A stretch of 64,000 nt of DNA from Octopus sinensis. Lineage: Eukaryota. The first letter of the stretch is position 1, and each line of letters starts with the position of its first letter. Positions 43,105 through 56,800 of the stretch are shown here, in pieces. A program made the translations under genes and the position numbers. The notes beneath the pieces were generated by a model, which saw only the letters and a program-made list of their open reading frames with translations, was not told where the DNA came from and searched no databases. The stretch covers positions 42,966,001-43,030,000 of the forward strand of contig NC_043007.1 in NCBI RefSeq assembly GCF_006345805.1. The letters run 5' to 3'.

Positions 43105-43305
43105 CTTGTCCAGGATGGTAATGTGATGACGATCCCATTGGTGAGGGATGTGTGAACTTTGACCGGTTTAGACTGTACAAGCTGCCTGGCGCACCTAGGC
43201 TTGGTGAGCCCATGCGGCTAGGCTGCAGTGGAGATGGAGTTGACATCAGTGAAGGCAATGGTGGGAGAGGGGGAAAAGATGGATGCTGCATACCAGAGCT
43301 GATAC
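43105..43305 (-). CDS. CELSR: CELSR tail exon, Pro/Ser-rich (GISSGMQHPSFPPLPPLPSLMSTPSP...SSSHYHPGQ)
   Basis: tatag acceptor, AAG|GTATGA donor, 201 nt, phase 1/1. A GC-rich open island in AT-rich intron. Confidence 0.8.
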
Positions 43306-43789
43306 CTATAGTTACAATGGAATGGTTAGTATAAAGCATGAAATTCAGACATGGATTCATTACTAGGCATTGCAAAAGAAGAAGCATTTACTAAGAGAAT
43401 TAGTAGATTAATTAGTGAAACTATAAGCAAAGAAAAGTGATGAAAGCCAACACAACACTAAAAGAAGAGGAAAATAAATATATTCAGTATTTCAGTTAAT
43501 TATTTTTTATTATAAAAGCTGTATTAATTAGTATTTTATATTTTTTAGCACTGAGGTAGCTTTCATCACTTTTTTTACACAGAGTTCAATAACAAGGCTT
43601 TATGAAAACTAAATGATATTATCTTCTTACAAATAGTTCAAACTATAGCAAAACTTTCATGTAAGCAGAAGGAAGAAGCTTACTGGTCTAACATTTCAGG
43701 TAGAGCTAACTTTCTCTTTAAACAAAAGGTTCTGGCTGAAACTTTAGATGCATTCCACTCCTTGAACTATTTAGAATATCATAAAGGTA

Positions 43790-44130
43790 AAGGGTGAAGA
43801 CCTTCTACAGTCATGAATGATTATGGGATTTCACCTACAAAGTTATCTTCTGCGGCACAAGTTCAGGCGAGATTGGTTCTGGAAGACCAGCAGTCACCCA
43901 TACATACCAGCCTCCTCTCCCCATGCCACCGATGTTATCCAAGGGAAAGGCAAAATCCGATATAGCTTGACAGTAGTGACGTCATAACTCGTTTCTATAG
44001 CTGAGTTAACTGAAGCAACATGAAATAAAGTGTCTTGCTCAAGAACACAACACATAGCCTGGTCCAGGAATCGAACTCACTACCTCTCGATTGTGATCCT
44101 AATGTTTTAACCACAGCCATGTGCATGACT
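43790..44130 (-). mobile_element. tRNA-derived SINE, family B (cttgagcaagacactttatttca core)
   Basis: Homologous to the plus-strand copy at 60350-60690, which has A/B-box-like motifs. Partial copies near 22790-22950 and 52870-53070. Confidence 0.72.
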
Positions 44131-45129
44131 GTAAAAAGTTACATAGTTATCAGTTGCAAGCGTTTGTGTGAATACAAAATTAGGAAAACTGTTTAATGAT
44201 AAGCTTAGCAGTAAAATTAATGAGGCACTAAGTTATTAATAGATGGTTATAAGTTATTTGCATAAAACAGTAAATTAGTACAAGGTAGAGATTTAATATT
44301 AGTAAAAAGCAGTAAATTAACAGCCAATGAGCAAACATCTGTATGATCACAACATTTCTCCAAATATCCTCTACAATCCTAAAATTTGGAAGAACATACT
44401 GGATGAAACAGTTTTGGTTATATTATGCCACAAAAAAGACTGGAAACATTACGTTGGAACGGTGGCCAAACAATAAAATGTTGATAAAATGGCAAACAGT
44501 AGATTAATGAAAAGCAGTAGCTTAGTAATTTTATGCAATAATGAACTCATATACAACTGTAATTAGGTGTTTGAATGTATGTTTCTGCTCTACTTTCTGC
44601 AGCTTTGCAGCTGACCCATAATATTTTAGTCTACCATTATAGCTGTATCCATATGTGCAATTTTCTTAAATATTGGTTTTATCCAGCTTTGTCCATCCAC
44701 CTCAAAAGAATTATAATATTAGGAAACAAATGCTGATGTTTGTTTCTTCATAATTCATACAATTTAATTGAAATTTTGGCAAAACTGAAGATTAGGGTAT
44801 CAAAGTGCAAAATGCTTTCCTTATTAAATACTTTCATTATTACCAAACACTTCACTCCTTTAAATATAAGTGTGCATGCACACACACACAGACCCCCCCA
44901 CACATACACACACAATTATTATCACAGGTATTTGGTTATTACATTATGAAGATTTGTAGGAATTTTATCAATCCTATTAACCCTCAATCGCAAACAGCCA
45001 ATGTACTAAGTTCTTTTAATTTTCATACCAATGATAAATGGAAGTAGATGAAGAGTACATCAGAACAGTCACCTAAAAGAATTTGAAAGAAGATGGTGCA
45101 ATGATACCTATGAAGATAATGCTGGTTAA

Positions 45130-45600
45130 TCATCATCATCATCATCATCATCGTTTAGCGTTTGCTTTCCATATTAGCATGGGTTGGACGGTTCAACCGG
45201 GGTCTGGGAAGCCAGAAGGCTGCACCAGGCCCAGTCTGATCTGGCAATGTTTCTACGGCTGGATGCCCTTCCTAACGCCAACCACTCCGTGAGTGTAGTG
45301 GGTGCTTTTTACATTCCACCGGCACAGGTGCCAGATGAGGCTGGCAAACGGCCACGATCGGATGGTGCTTTTTACGTGCCACCGGCATGGAGACCAGACA
45401 AGGCTGGGAACGGCCACGATCAGATGGTGCTTTTTACGTGCCACGGGCAAAGAGGCCAGTCAGGGCAGTGCTGGCTACGGCCACGTTCAGATGGTTCTCT
45501 TATGTGCCACCGGCACTGGTATCACAGCTACAAATTCCATTGATGTTGATCGATTACAATTTTGATTTTCACTTGCCTCAACAAGTCTTCGCAAGTACCT
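45130..45600 (-). mobile_element. (GAT)n-tailed SINE/RTE 3' end with four internal approx. 62-bp tandem units
   Basis: ggtgctttttacgtgccaccggca recurs about every 62 bp in 45300-45515; catcatcatcgtttagcg tail. Confidence 0.75.
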
Positions 45601-46257
45601 GTTGAGGCATTTGTAAATATTCTTAATCTATATGTGAACAATATTTTCTTTCATTGCTTATTTATATTATTGATTTACTGCTTTTAAAAATATAATCTTT
45701 ATTGATTTTTGTAATTTAAAACTACTTTGTTTTAATATCCATTGATTTACTCTTCTCTGTACTGATTATTTTACAACTAGAATATTACTTGTCATATGTT
45801 TGCTACTATAACTTGTTTGAGAAAATTCTATGGCATTAGGAACTAATTTATGCAAAGTTATCTTCAATTTTATCACATTTTTCCTTGTTTTCCAATGTCC
45901 AACATAATACTTCAGACTGTTTATACTAAATTCTGCAGATGTAGCACTGTACTTCTCAACAAGACCCAACTGAAAATGGTTGTATCACCTAATTCAGTTA
46001 AAGGGCTTTCATGAAGAAGCTGTAAAATAAAACCTTGCTTAAAAATTTAAAATGTTTAATTTTGCTTAAATGATCCAACAGCACAAAAAAAATCGACAAA
46101 AATCTGAAAGCAAGAGGATTAATATGCATTTTCTTAGATTCAAATGTAATGTTTATAGGATGATTGATCATAGATTTTGATCAGGGCTAATGTGGGAACT
46201 AAATAATAATGACAAACAATAAAAACGAAGTGAAAAAGTAAAAGTTTGATGTCACAC

Positions 46258-46326
46258 CTTTAAATGAACCTGGTGATTTCTCTTTCTCTTTTTTGTTCAT
46301 TTTTCGAGCTTGCTCTCTTGCTTCTT
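46258..46326 (-). CDS. CELSR: CELSR tail exon (EEAREQARKMNKKEKEKSPGSFK)
   Basis: Long pyrimidine tract ending ttttgcag, AAG|GTGTGA donor, 69 nt, phase 1/1 and frame-preserving. No homology support recalled. Confidence 0.65.
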
Positions 46327-46581
46327 CTGCAAAAGACACAGGAATAAGGAATAAATAATTCACATAACCCAAATGAAGAGAGAAACATGAAAATGATTCC
46401 AGGAGAGCTAACCCAAATGTTTAAAAAGGCTTTCAAGATTACAAACAACTTTCACAACTTTTCACAATCAAAGTAGTAGTAATAATGATAAGTATTGGGG
46501 CAATGTCAAAATACAGATCAAATACAATATATGATAATGAGTTAGAAGAAAATGAATAATCATTAATGTCTGAACACTCAC

Positions 46582-46746
46582 CAACTTTCTTGTTCTTAGG
46601 CATTTCCCATTTGGGTTCATCCTCCAAATCTTCATCATCTGATGAATGGCTGGAGGCCAGCTCCAGGCTAGCATGCTCATCAGAATCATCACTGTCTGAG
46701 TCAGAATCAGGTTTTAAATTGGTTGTCTTTTCACCTGTATCTGGAT
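46582..46746 (-). CDS. CELSR: CELSR tail exon with acidic SE/D-type motif (DPDTGEK...PDSDSDSDDSDEHASLELASSHSSDDEDLEDEPKWEMPKNKKV)
   Basis: tttcttcag acceptor, GTGAGT donor, 165 nt, phase 1/1. DSDSDS...ASSHSSD.ED...KW matches the conserved CELSR cytoplasmic motif. Confidence 0.9.
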
Positions 46747-47409
46747 CTGAAGAAATTTCAACAAAGCAGGTTGATATTTCTTTTCTGTTAGCAGTTTGAA
46801 CTTAGTTTCTAATTAAAATTTAAACCAGATCAATTATAGTCTAATATTACTCTATCTAATGAGTCATCATTACAGAGCTAAGTTTGATATGTGGCTAACA
46901 ATGACATATATTCCTGTAAATTAGGCTTTCAGTATTTCATTTCATTGTATTGTTATATTTCTATGATCTTAGTCTCAGGTCAATTCTCATCAAAGACATT
47001 CCTGCAATGATCATTCCATGTTATTTGCAAAGACTACATTATTCTGTATGTCCATCTTTTTAAACCCTTTTGCTACCATATTTATGTTGAAATAAACTGC
47101 TATTGCTTAAATTAATTTTGAAAATAACAAAGAATTTGTTAAAATAATTTTGACATTATTATTAACTTTGCAATCAAAATTTTCTATCATAGAACCACGT
47201 AGGTTAGTATGAAAAGGGTTAAAATGGTAGGGTATGACACAAGGGAGATTAAGTGCTATTTCTAGCAAGCCAATGACTGCATGGAGAATCTCTCACTGGC
47301 TCAGGGGTCTCAGATTTATGAGAACAATATGAAAAAATATGAAGTTGTGATGTGATTTACCTTCCCAAAACATGAAAGGAAAATAATTGATAGTTCAATG
47401 GTTGAAGAA

Positions 47410-47840
47410 TCACAAAGCAATAGATATAGCCTGTATGTGAACAGCTATGCTACATGGCAGTGAAATATGGGCTGTGACCAATGGGGACATGCGTAGGCGT
47501 GAAAGAAAAGCTAGTATGCTTTGCTGGATGTGCAATGTCAGTGTGCATGTACAACAGAGTGTAAGCATCTTGAGAGAAAAGCTGGGCATAAGAGGCATCA
47601 GATGTGGTGTGCAAGAGAGACAGCTACATTGGTATGGTCATGTGATGTGTATGGACAAGGACATCTGTGTAAAGAAGTGCTGATCTCTAACTGTGAAGGG
47701 AACCTGTGGAAGAGGTAGACCTAGGAAGAATATTGGGGCGAGGTGGTGAAGCATATTCTTCAAACGTTGGGCCTCACACAGGTGATGACAAGTGACCGAG
47801 AGCTCTGGCAATATGCTGCATGTGAGAAGACTCATCAGAC
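47410..47840 (+). mobile_element. RTE-clade LINE, RT C-terminal fragment
   Basis: MLHGSEIWA...MLCWMCNVS...LREKLGIRGIRCGVQERQLHWYGHVM...GRGRPRK matches the RTE motif LYGSETW...RLRWxGHVxRM...GRPR. Has stops and frameshifts. Confidence 0.85.
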
Positions 47841-47868
47841 CAGGTGTAATCATAGTTGTGACAGTACC

Positions 47869-48338
47869 GGTGTCATGTAAATGGCACCCATGCCTCATAG
47901 TCATGGTTGTTGGCAGTGCCATGTAAATGGCACCAGTGAATCATAGTTGTGGTCACTGCTGGTGCCATGTAAATAACACTTATGCATTGTAGTTGTGGTC
48001 GCTGATGGTACCATGTAAATGGCACCTGTGAATCATCATGGTCGATGCCAGTGTCATATAAATGGCACCCATGCATTGTAGTCATGGTCATCAACGGTGC
48101 TATGTAAATTGGCACCCAGGAATCATGGTCATTGGTGGTGCCATGTAAATGGCAACCGTGAGTTGTAGTCATTGCTGGTGCCATGCAAATAGCACCCATG
48201 AATCATAGTCATGATCACTGCTGGTGCCATGTAAATGGCACCTGTGCATTGTAGCCGTAGTCGTTGCCGGTGCCATGTAAATGGCACCCACCTGTGAATC
48301 ATAGTCATGGTTGTTGCTGGTGTTATGCAAATGACACC
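47869..48338. repeat. Approx. 46-bp minisatellite, 11 copies, each built on the 20-bp palindrome GGTGCCAT-GTAA-ATGGCACC
   Basis: Palindrome starts at about 47869, 47915, 47961, 48007, 48050, 48096, 48137, 48177, 48223, 48269 and 48319. Confidence 0.9.
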
Positions 48339-49861
48339 CATGCCAGTGGCACATAAAAGCACCCATTACACTCTTAGAATGGTTGGCATTAAGAAGGACA
48401 TCCAGCTGTAGAAACCAAACCAAATCAGACTGCAGCCTGGTGCAACTCTGCAGATCATCAGCTCCAGTCAAACCATCTAACCCATGCCAGCATGGAGAGT
48501 GGACATTAGCTGATGGTGATGATAGTGAAACAATCAGTAAGTTTTTTTTTTTAGTTTCTTTTTTCACACAGAATATATTTATTCCCTTGATCATTCTTAG
48601 GTCTGGTAAGTACAGGTAAGACTACCAACACTTTGTCCAATAACATTAAAACATATGAAGTTGTCACTATACAAACTGAAGTTCAAACTTCCTCACTACC
48701 ACTACACACCAACATTCAATATTTAATGAATCTGGATTTTGTAATTGTCTCCTTTGACAGGAACTGTCTTTAACAATAATTATTTAACCGTTTTAGGGCT
48801 TCTTTTCTTATATTTTTGTAGTAAATCACTGCTTTGTTTCAATTAATTTTTTTTTTAAATGATGAATTTAGCAAAATAGCTTTGTCCTTTTTAAGCTGAT
48901 GTGTGAAACATAAATTAACATGAATTTTGATGGAAGATTTTAACCCTTTTGATAACAGCCCAACTGAGACCACCCCTGCTTCTATGATAGAAACTTCTTG
49001 TTTTAAAACATGTCACCTAAATTAAAGCCCTACATCAAAATTCCTTATTAATTTATGCTTCATGCACCAGCTTAATAATAACATGTTATTTTCCAAAATT
49101 CGTTATTTTCAGAATTAAATGAAACAGAGGCAGTGTATTTCAACAGAACTATGGTAATGAAAGAGTATCACTTAAAACAGGAAAGGCATCACTTAAAACA
49201 GGGACAGTCTTAGTATCAAAAATATTAAAGATGTAATTAATTTTGATTGAACATCGTTTTTAGTTTTCCCTTCACTGAATATTTATTTAGGCTGCAGCAA
49301 GAACATATAAAAATCTTTTACTCATATCTATAAACGTGAAGGCATGTGAACTTGTTAGAGCATTGCTGTTTTTGTCTCCTTTGAATACAATTGCTACTAA
49401 CAGTACTTCAATAATTCTATTGGTAATATAAAAAAGGATTTATTAACATGAGAATTAAAAAACTGTAAAGGCCAACCTCCTTCAGAGAGAACTTCTAGTC
49501 ATTTAGAAAATACCATTATTTTTCATTCCTCATCAAAATCAAAATAGTATTTAATTAATTGACCTTATAGTCCAGGACTATTTTACAAAATACTTAAAGC
49601 AATTTGCATATTTGAAAAGCCAATACCAAATTGAAAATACATATTTCTAATTATGCTAATATGAAATTCTACAATGCAGAAACCTAAAACATCATTAAAA
49701 TTATTTTATACCTCATTAAATTTAATTATTTTCTAGAACATTTATATTAACAACAACAACAACAACAAAAAATGTCAATAACAACTGGACATAGATTACA
49801 AGCATGTACAGAGAACAGAGGTACAAATTCAAAATTAACGTAGAAAAAAAGAAAAAAAACA

Positions 49862-49903
<42 letters not shown>

Positions 49904-50839
49904 CACATACAAAACATAGCAGTATTGTTTTATTTTATACTTTCAACATGAACACTATAACAGCAAACATTACTGACAATCACATTACTCACAACCACAC
50001 ACACACTTATAGAAATAAACAAAACAAGCAAATGTAAAAGAGAAGAAAAGAAAACTATAAAAAAAAAATCAAGAAGATCCCATGAAATGCTATTGATGAA
50101 TCTGTACCATGAAAGATGCATAACCTTGACCATTGGGCATGAAGTTAGTTTATAGCTACATGCAAATAGTTCTGGAGAAAATGGTTCTTTGAGTATAATT
50201 ATACTAGTGCTGGCATGGGTAATTTTTTAACCAGAAGAGTTCTGTATTTGTTATGACAAACTAAAATCTAAACAGTTAGAAAATTAAGTAACTTAGAGAA
50301 TGGTGGTTTGCTGAGGCACACAGGTGTGCAACAATGTAGTCAGGTGAGCCATAAAAATAATAAAAAGAAATGGGAAAACTGAAAACTGAAATTCTACATT
50401 TCATTTACTTAATAAAGAACTAATTATTTAATGCTTTTTACATAATTTTTATCTAAAGGCTAAAATATACCTAATAACATTTTTAAATACACTATTTGAC
50501 TTAATGCATAAGGTGAGCTAAAATGTTGAATTTGTTATCATTAAGTTGACATAGAAAAAGTGTAACAATGCATCATTTGCTTTCACATTATATATTAACC
50601 CTTTAGCGTTTAAACTGGCCATATCCAACCCAAGTATTCTACCTGTTTTATGTTAAAACTGGCAAGATCTGGTTTCTCCCACCTACCCTACAATATCATT
50701 TAAAAAATATACAATTATATCATTGGAATCTCAAAGCTACAAGATAATGCATGATTAATTGATAAAACAATTGACAGAGTAATCAGAATGCTAAATGGTT
50801 AAAGAATATCATTGTATCACTTGATACATAATACATTAA

Positions 50840-51013
50840 CAAACCAAACTGTATCCATGTATCACATATTTGCATATACTATATACCACTACAACATATT
50901 CACACATCAAACACTGTCTCTTGCAACCACATGTTGACATATTGAACTGTATCACTGGCTACAACATGTTGACATATCAAACTGTATCACTTGCTATCCC
51001 ATGACATATCAAA

Positions 51014-51056
<43 letters not shown>

Positions 51057-51165
51057 CACTTGTTATCACATGTTAGCATATCAAACCATATCACTCATTT
51101 TACTGCTATCACATGTTGACATATCAAACTGTATGACTTGCTATCACATGTTGACATATCAAACA
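50840..51165. repeat. Approx. 35-bp minisatellite (aaactgtatcacttgctatcacatgttgacatatc), interrupted by (TA)n
   Basis: About 8-9 degenerate copies are visible. Confidence 0.75.
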
Positions 51166-53257
51166 AACTGGCTGAAGGATACCAAAACATGCAGGACAAC
51201 AAAGAGACAACAGCATCATGCCAGGCTGTTTGGCTACAATTAGAGAGTCAATCAGGAAACCTCATATATAGGAGTCATCTGTACAAGGAGCTGATTAGGC
51301 ATGAAATGGATTTTCAATACATTTTTCAGGTATTAGAAAGTGACACAGTGTTATTCATTTATCAACATGGCCTCAATAGTGAGGTGACAATTTATATCAG
51401 TGAAGCATATGTGTTGCAATAAATTTTGTATAAGAGAGTGCATATAGGTCTGTGCTTCCATGCATGTGTGTTCATATACATGCTGATATGCTTGGAGAAG
51501 ACTAGTTAATTTTGGAGATAGTTTTGTAATTAAATTTAGATTTCACTCAAGATTAATAGTGTTTCTACTGTCTTAGATTAATGAAGTTTTATGTCATAAT
51601 ATTAGTGTATGATAATGTGATTCTGTATTACTACACACACACACATGCATACATACACACACACACATATACGTATGTACTTACATACATACACACATAC
51701 ATACATACATATATACTCACATGCATAGTAGAAAAATTGACAAGAAGAGTAGTCTCCCCTAGATCTGTGGTACGGACAGATCACATCGAAGCTTTACCTT
51801 TGCTTTCAATGAACAGGAGATAGCCTCTAAGCCTCCAAATTGTAATACAAAATGAACGTTGATTGTGCCAGAATGGTATATATATATATATATATCACCC
51901 ACAATAGCACAACATCAGCAGCTATCTGCAAGAAGGATCGTTCTGACGGTCATGAGATAAAACCATATCCAAAGGTTTAAAAATGAGGAATGCTGGTGGA
52001 ATAGTTATTATATATTACGGAGATGTACTTGCGTAGCAAGTGATTTGATCTGAGATCGTGTGCTGCACGGATTTTTGTCAGTGAACAGGTCACGGTCTTA
52101 ATGCGACGAAAATATTTTGACAAATTAAACTTAAATGTTGAAGTGAATCGAACGGCTTTTGTGTGTTTCTTAAATGGCTTACAAACACCTTCCACGCTGC
52201 AATTGAGTTATTATATATACATATTATATACAAAATATGGAGGTTTAGTTCACAGGTGATCTAAACAATTAGGTATGCTAGGTGAGTACTGTAACGGATT
52301 GCTAGGGCTCCAAGGTTATAGCTGAAGCCGTAGTTATGGAGCATGGCAGATTTCCAATGCAGCGTATATATAATTGTTAAATAGGACAACAAACATTAAG
52401 GCAAAGCAAACATCTCAAGTAGTGAGATGTTTGCGTCGCCTTAACGTTTGTACATATATATATATACACGCATACATATATATGCAGTCACACACATGTA
52501 TGAATGTGTGTGTGTTTGTATGTATGTATATATATATATCCATTAAAGTTTTGTAAATAATGATAATAATAATCCTTTCTACTATAGGCACAAGGACTGA
52601 AATTTGGGGGCAAGGAATTATACCAACCCCAGTCTCAACTGGTACTAAATTTATCAACCCCGAAAGGATGATATGCAAAATGATCTCAGCAGAACTTGAA
52701 ATCAGAACGTCAAGGAGGACAAAATGCTGCTAAGCATTTTGCCCACCATAGTAACGATTCTGGCAGCCTGCTGATGATAAAACTATAGCAACAATAATAC
52801 AAGTATAACTTGTATCACCCAACTATAGGATGTTACTATACACTTCTGGTTACAATGCACTTCTTCACATTGTAGCTTTTGAATTATGCCACTGTGCTGG
52901 CAGGCAGGCCAAGATTCCCCTTGAATGGAATTCCAGTTCATTGCAGGATTGCCCATTTGCAGCTGAGTGGACTGGGGAATTGCTCAAGAACACAATGCAC
53001 TGCTGGTCTGGGAAATAAAACAATGACCTTGAGATTATGAGTGCAACACCCTAACCACTAGGCTACACCATGCACATAATTACTTTATACACACACACAC
53101 ACACACACACTCCTCATGAAATAATTTCATGGATTGCATCTCCTGGATTTTTGCTGCACAGGACTCTACAGTATACTCCTACTTATAGGAATATTATGTG
53201 GTATGGTAGCCATGTTCACTAGAGAAGCTTTCTGTGATTTCCACAAGGTTCTATGAA

Positions 53258-53305
<48 letters not shown>

Positions 53306-53777
53306 TACACACACACACACATTCTATATAATATAGGCACATGGCAGAATGGTTAAGAAGTTCGCTTTGCAATCATGTAATTCCACTATGTAAAAGTGGG
53401 CAACTTGAGCCTATCCAAATTTTGTAAGTGAAAATGGTTAGACAGAAACTGTGCAGAAGCCTATTTACTGGACTATACCTGTAATTAAAAGGGCCAGCCT
53501 TGTTACACACTATATAATACTGATTCCACCTGAAGATTACCTTGAAGTGATACATGTCTGTGGAATACTTAGCCACTATCATTTATAATTTAAAGAGACT
53601 GTCATTATTTTTTAATGGGCACTGAAGCACTTGAACTCAAAACAAACAGAACTGAATCAGAGACCACAAAGCATCTCCTCTGACACTAACAGTTCTATTA
53701 ATGACCTAGCCCAAACTGGTAGTATTCATCCAGCCTTACAAAAATGAAAGGCAAAGCTGACTAGATGAGATTTGAGC

Positions 53778-53811
<34 letters not shown>

Positions 53812-56800
53812 ATATATTATATATATATATACAGGAAACTACAATATAATAACTATGGTTGAAATATGAAATTTTTCAATATCTTCCCATGTGTTTAAGC
53901 CAAGTGATATTATAAAATCTGAATAAGAAAATATAAATACTAAGTTTGAGAACAAAAAATAGAAGAAATATATTAACCATAGTTAAAATTATGCAAGTTT
54001 TATTGCCCATGTCAACTGAGCAAATACTGGCATCATTTAGTGGTTTCAATTATGCATATCAACCAACAAAATATCACAATATTTTCAAAGATCAAAATTA
54101 CACCATGGCCATATTTCATAATGCTTGGTGTCATTTTAGACTTACATACAAACTTTGTGCTTTAGCTGTTCAAGTAGCAAGCAGTGAATATGACAAACCA
54201 TAAGCATAGTCTATTTTATTCATAAGATTGAATTTAATAATTTTCATCTTTTACAACAAACAGAGGAAGAGCAGAGAAGACTGCTTAATCTTGCCATAGA
54301 AACCTCTCTAGTGCTTGGAGCCAGATAAAATATATTTAGTTGATGTTGTAAAGTGGTTTGTGATAGGAAGGTCATCCAGTTATAAAAACCATACCAAAAA
54401 TAACATGATATAGATTGCAACAGAGTAAACCAGTTTTTTTTCTCTATCTGTGTATGCCAGACAAAAAATGACTGTGAAGAGTAGAGAGATGCTGTGAGAC
54501 CCATCCAACCCATGCCAGCATGAAAACAATATATGAAAAAAATAATGTAAAATAACAATTTTGGTATTTTATCTATTTATAAATTATAAGAAATTCAGCT
54601 TAAGGAATTTGAGACCTGCACTTCATAAAGCAGTGAATGTACATTTCTCTCTCTTGCCTTCCAAGAGAGTAGTTGATGGAAAAGGAGAGAGACTGAGGAA
54701 CAGAAGGTGTGATTAACATCTAGTAGATAAAAAGGGAATGAAAGAGAAAGTAAGTGAAAATCAGTGTATATATGGATGTCTTCAAGTTCATTGAAATGAG
54801 TTCACATCTCATGGCAAATTTTGTAAGGACTTCTTTTCTTTAGTAAGCTGCTTAAACATTACTTGACTAAAACTGTGAAAAGAGAATAATGATGATGACA
54901 GTGATGATGATGATGATGACAAGGAAAACAATGATGTAATTGAGAATGTGATTTAAATGAAAATTGAGAGAAATCACCAAAAACATTAACAATGATAAGG
55001 ACTTGAGAGAAAATACGATATAAGGCAATGGGTTATTAAAATTGTAAAGAAAAGAGAAAAATATTTGAGCTTTTATTGTACTTGATAAATTAGGTTATTT
55101 ACTTTAAGCCAATACTTATATAATTACTTATAAATTACTATAAATTATAAGAAAATTATAATGAACGGAAGAATATTCTGACATTTTGGGAAGTTATGAA
55201 ATAAAATCTTTGTTCCTGTGCTTCCAGGTTTTAATCCTTGAGAAAATATTAAAAGATATATTTGTAAGAGCATTGAAATTCAATTTACTTGAAGTAAAGT
55301 CATACCTAGAGCCAGTTCTGGTGCTAGGTGCATTATGTCTGTGGAAATATAGGATGGTCTTGGCTAGAATGCCTTTAACCATAAGTCTGTCGAATCAGGG
55401 CTTAATGAGAACAGTAACTATGTTTATTTATCAATTTGCCATAAAAGATGATTCAAAAGCTGAATCAAAATGAAGAGAAAACTATAACAGTACATATGTT
55501 CAGAAGAACAGGTGGATGATTAAGTAATTGAGCATAAAAAAGGCCAGGCAGCTGAACAGACAGATTTTAAAACAAAGATCTCTAAAGGAACAGGTCAGGT
55601 GGAGTGGCAAGTGGATGAACCAGATTTGAATATGACTCCCTGAGCCAGAGCTTTCCAAACTTTTTTACATTGACAATACATTTTTTTTTAAATAATCATT
55701 TTCAAGACACATTAATTGTCACCAGCCTTGTGTCAAATTGTATGCAGAGTTGTCATTTCCCAAATATAAGTCAAAGCTAAATAGTCTAAAAAATTTATCA
55801 GCTTTGGCTTAATTTCTTGACATACCAGGAAATAATTGGAAAAATAGTTTTGATGGCACAGTTTGGAAACCTTTATCCTAAGAGCTGGGATCTTACAAGA
55901 ACCCTATTTGGCAATTAACATAGAATAAGGCTGTGTAACAAGTGAACTTGGTAGGTATACCCTCAATGAGCATAACAAACCCAACAAAGTGGAAGAGTAC
56001 ACCTTTAAAATATTTTAAAACATCAATAGGAAAATAATGCTGGAAATTTATTCCTAATGAGTCAAATGAGGGAATGTATTTTATTTCAGGAGTAAGATAC
56101 TCTCATAAATTTACAATTTCCAGAAAATGAAAAGTAATTAAAAAACCATTACATGATTAACACTGATAAAACATAAGAAATCAATCAGTTTACAAATTTA
56201 GAAAACTTAAAATTGATCAAATGTAGCAATGTAATAAATGTAAGGTAACATAAGTTGGTATAATGTAACATAACACAGACTGAGAAAAGAAATTATAAGT
56301 ATAAATAAATCTAATAAAAATTTGTATCAGAAAATATTTATAAAATAATGAAAAACAATCTTGATTAACTAATTGAGTCTAATTGATAAATGTTAATGCA
56401 TGATATTATAACTTAAATATAATTTTAGTAAAACTGTTATGAATGAAAAATTTCTGATATTTTAAAAGCTTCTTTAACTTATGTGACCCTAAATTGAAGC
56501 TGGTTTAATTTATGTCTTAACTGAGCCTGACAGATGGAGAAGTGATTGAACGACATCCTACTCAAATAAATGGACAGCTATGTTGAGAAATAGAAAGAAA
56601 CAGAAGACAGGATAAAGTAGAAGACAGTTAGATAGAATGAGAGATAAAAATAAACATGAACAGACAGATATAAATAGCCAGATGGATTGATAAATAGATA
56701 AATAGATAGAGAAATATACAGACATTAAAGATGTAGAATAAAATATAAGCAAAGTCTAGTGCAAGATGTGAAGTGAAAGTGAAGAATTGTGACAAGGTGT

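Noticed and set aside
47869-48338. CRISPR array (palindromic repeat plus spacers)
   Set aside because: The spacers are homologous to each other in an A/B alternation, the repeats are degenerate, there are no cas genes, and the context is a eukaryotic LINE 3' end. It is a minisatellite.
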